From the NCBI RefSeq assembly GCF_964188315.1, contig NC_135668.1:55428001-55492000 (forward strand): 64,000 nt of DNA, in the 5' to 3' direction. This document shows, piece after piece, positions 62,275 through 64,000 of this stretch. The position numbers and the translations under genes are program-made. Positions within the stretch are counted from its first letter, which is position 1, and each line of letters starts with the position of its first letter. Source of the DNA: Podarcis muralis. Taxonomy: Eukaryota. Under the pieces are notes generated by a model. It was not told where the DNA came from, ran no database searches, and saw nothing but the letters and a program-made list of their open reading frames with translations.

Positions 62275-64000
62275 CTATTTGCTCCTCAGAATCAGGTGGT
62301 CTTTGCTGTTCAAGTCCGGCCTCAGAATGATTATGTACAATTTGGGGAAGAAGATGCAAGCGAGCAAGCCTGCACTGGAGGCCAAGATGCAGAAGATCTC
62401 CACAGCCACCATCTGCTTTCCTTTGGTGCTCAGATAAGAGGGAACAAAGGACAGCCAAACGCTGCAGAACACCAACATGCTGAAAGTGATGAACTTGGCT
62501 TCGTTGAAACTGTCTGGCAACTTCCTGGCCAGGAAAGCCACCGTGAAGCTGACACTGGCCAGGAATCCCAGGTACCCGAGGACACAATAAAACATGGGGG
62601 CAGAGCCTTCGTTGCATTCCAGGATGATTTCCTCCGCCAGAGAGTTCATGTCCACATCTGGGAAGGGAGGAGCCGTACAGAGCCAAAGAGCACAAATACT
62701 GGCTTGAAGTGAGCAGCAACCCAGAAGAACAGAGTTGGCCAGAGATTTCCCCACCCACTTCCTCATCCTGGATCCTGGTTTGGTGGCCATGAAGGCCAGA
62801 ACCACCGTGATGGTTTTGGCCAAGACACAAGACACCGCAATGGAGAAGATGATGCCAAAGGCCGTTTGTCGTAAAGAGCAGCTCACTGGGTGAGGCTGGC
62901 CAATGAAGAGCAAGGAGCAGAGGAAGCAGAGCAAGAGGGCAAGGAGCAGAGTATAGGTGAGGTCCCGGTTGTTGGCTTTGACAATGGGAGTGTCCCTGTT
63001 CTTAGAGAAGACGCCAAGGACCAAGGCTGTGACCAGAGCAAAGAGCAGAGCCAAGGCGGCTAATGTGAATCCCAAAGGCTCTGTGTAGGAAAGAAAATTT
63101 TGTCTCTTGGGAATGCATTGATCTCTGTTGTGGTTTGGAAATTGTCCTTCTTGGCATTTGAAACAATAATCCATATCTAAATAAAATAAAATAAAATTAC
63201 TTTTATATGAGTTCCCACAAACAAGGCAACCTTTTTCTTCTGGCATATTTCATTCTTTGTAATGAAATGGATTCCTCCATTTCCAATGGCCTTTCAAATT
63301 TCCTTTGAAACAAATACTACTTCTGCCCCCAAAACACAATTCTGAGACATTAATTAGTTGGAAACAAGTATCAGAGATAAGTGGAAACCACAAAAATGCA
63401 ATGGGTATTATTTCTTCATAAACCATAGAGGTGGTATCAATCACATCACCAGGAATTTCGGATGCAACGTATTGACGACTGTTAATATGGTGCCATTGAA
63501 AGAGCAAACTGTAGTCTCTTCTGAAAAGTGAGAAGCCCACTATGATATCTTGGAGCAGCAGAATTTGATTTTGTGTTTCTGGCTCTCAGCCCTAAAACTA
63601 TGGGGATGGAGGGTTAGGCAAGTCTTCCTTGACTCCGCAAGCTGTGGCAGGTGGGGAGCAGGCAGAGTACACTGGACATGATCCACACCTATTTCCACAG
63701 GTCTACTTTGTAAAGGTTAAAGTTGTGGCTTTAGTTTGCCCAACTCTCTGTGTCTGTCTTCTTTCTTCCAGATCTGAGTGCAACTGAGTGCAACTGCTGT
63801 CCTGTTTAGGAGTACTGAACTGCTAATAAGGGAAAACTGTTGAAATAGACTAGGAAGCATTGTTTAAAATAATAGATGATGTCTCCTACCCATTTGATTC
63901 GAAATCATCCCACCTGGACATGAAGCACAGTCATAGCAACAAAATGGCAGCCCCTCCTTCTTTTTACGGCTGTAGCCTGGCTGGCACCGATCATTACACA
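62275..64000 (-). CDS. V2R: V2R of the paralog 1-3 subfamily, inverted; exon 6 (62275-63176) and partial exon 5 (63890->64000); 5' part lies outside the window
   Basis: Exon 6 is 902 nt, open and nearly identical to paralogs 1-3. Exon 5 reads [36 protein letters not shown] with the donor at 63889/63888. Confidence 0.88.

Overview
Squamate genomic DNA, probably a lacertid lizard (inferred from the Sauria-SINE, Bov-B, L2 and CR1 repeats), not prokaryotic. The window is a vomeronasal type-2 receptor (V2R, class C GPCR) cluster. It holds three tandem, apparently intact 6-exon + strand paralogs (2694-9831, 16374-24945, 28487-39583), an orphan half of a 7TM exon (41037-41546, -), one intact divergent V2R (43910-55809, -), and the 3' end of a fourth member of the tandem subfamily in inverted orientation (62275->64000, -). 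An MHC class II alpha gene carrying two 1-nt deletions (58702-60480, +) lies between the V2Rs. Introns and spacers are full of TEs (L1, L2, CR1, Bov-B, SINEs, mariner and hAT MITEs, a solo LTR, Gypsy and DIRS/Ngaro fragments), many with readable target-site duplications and empty sites in paralogs. The most unusual structure is a pair of perfect fold-back palindromes carrying four Penelope-type hammerhead ribozyme cores just 3' of V2R-2. There are two assembly gaps (25872-26034, 50342-51146). All exon boundaries were read by hand from splice sites and frame, and no database searches were run.
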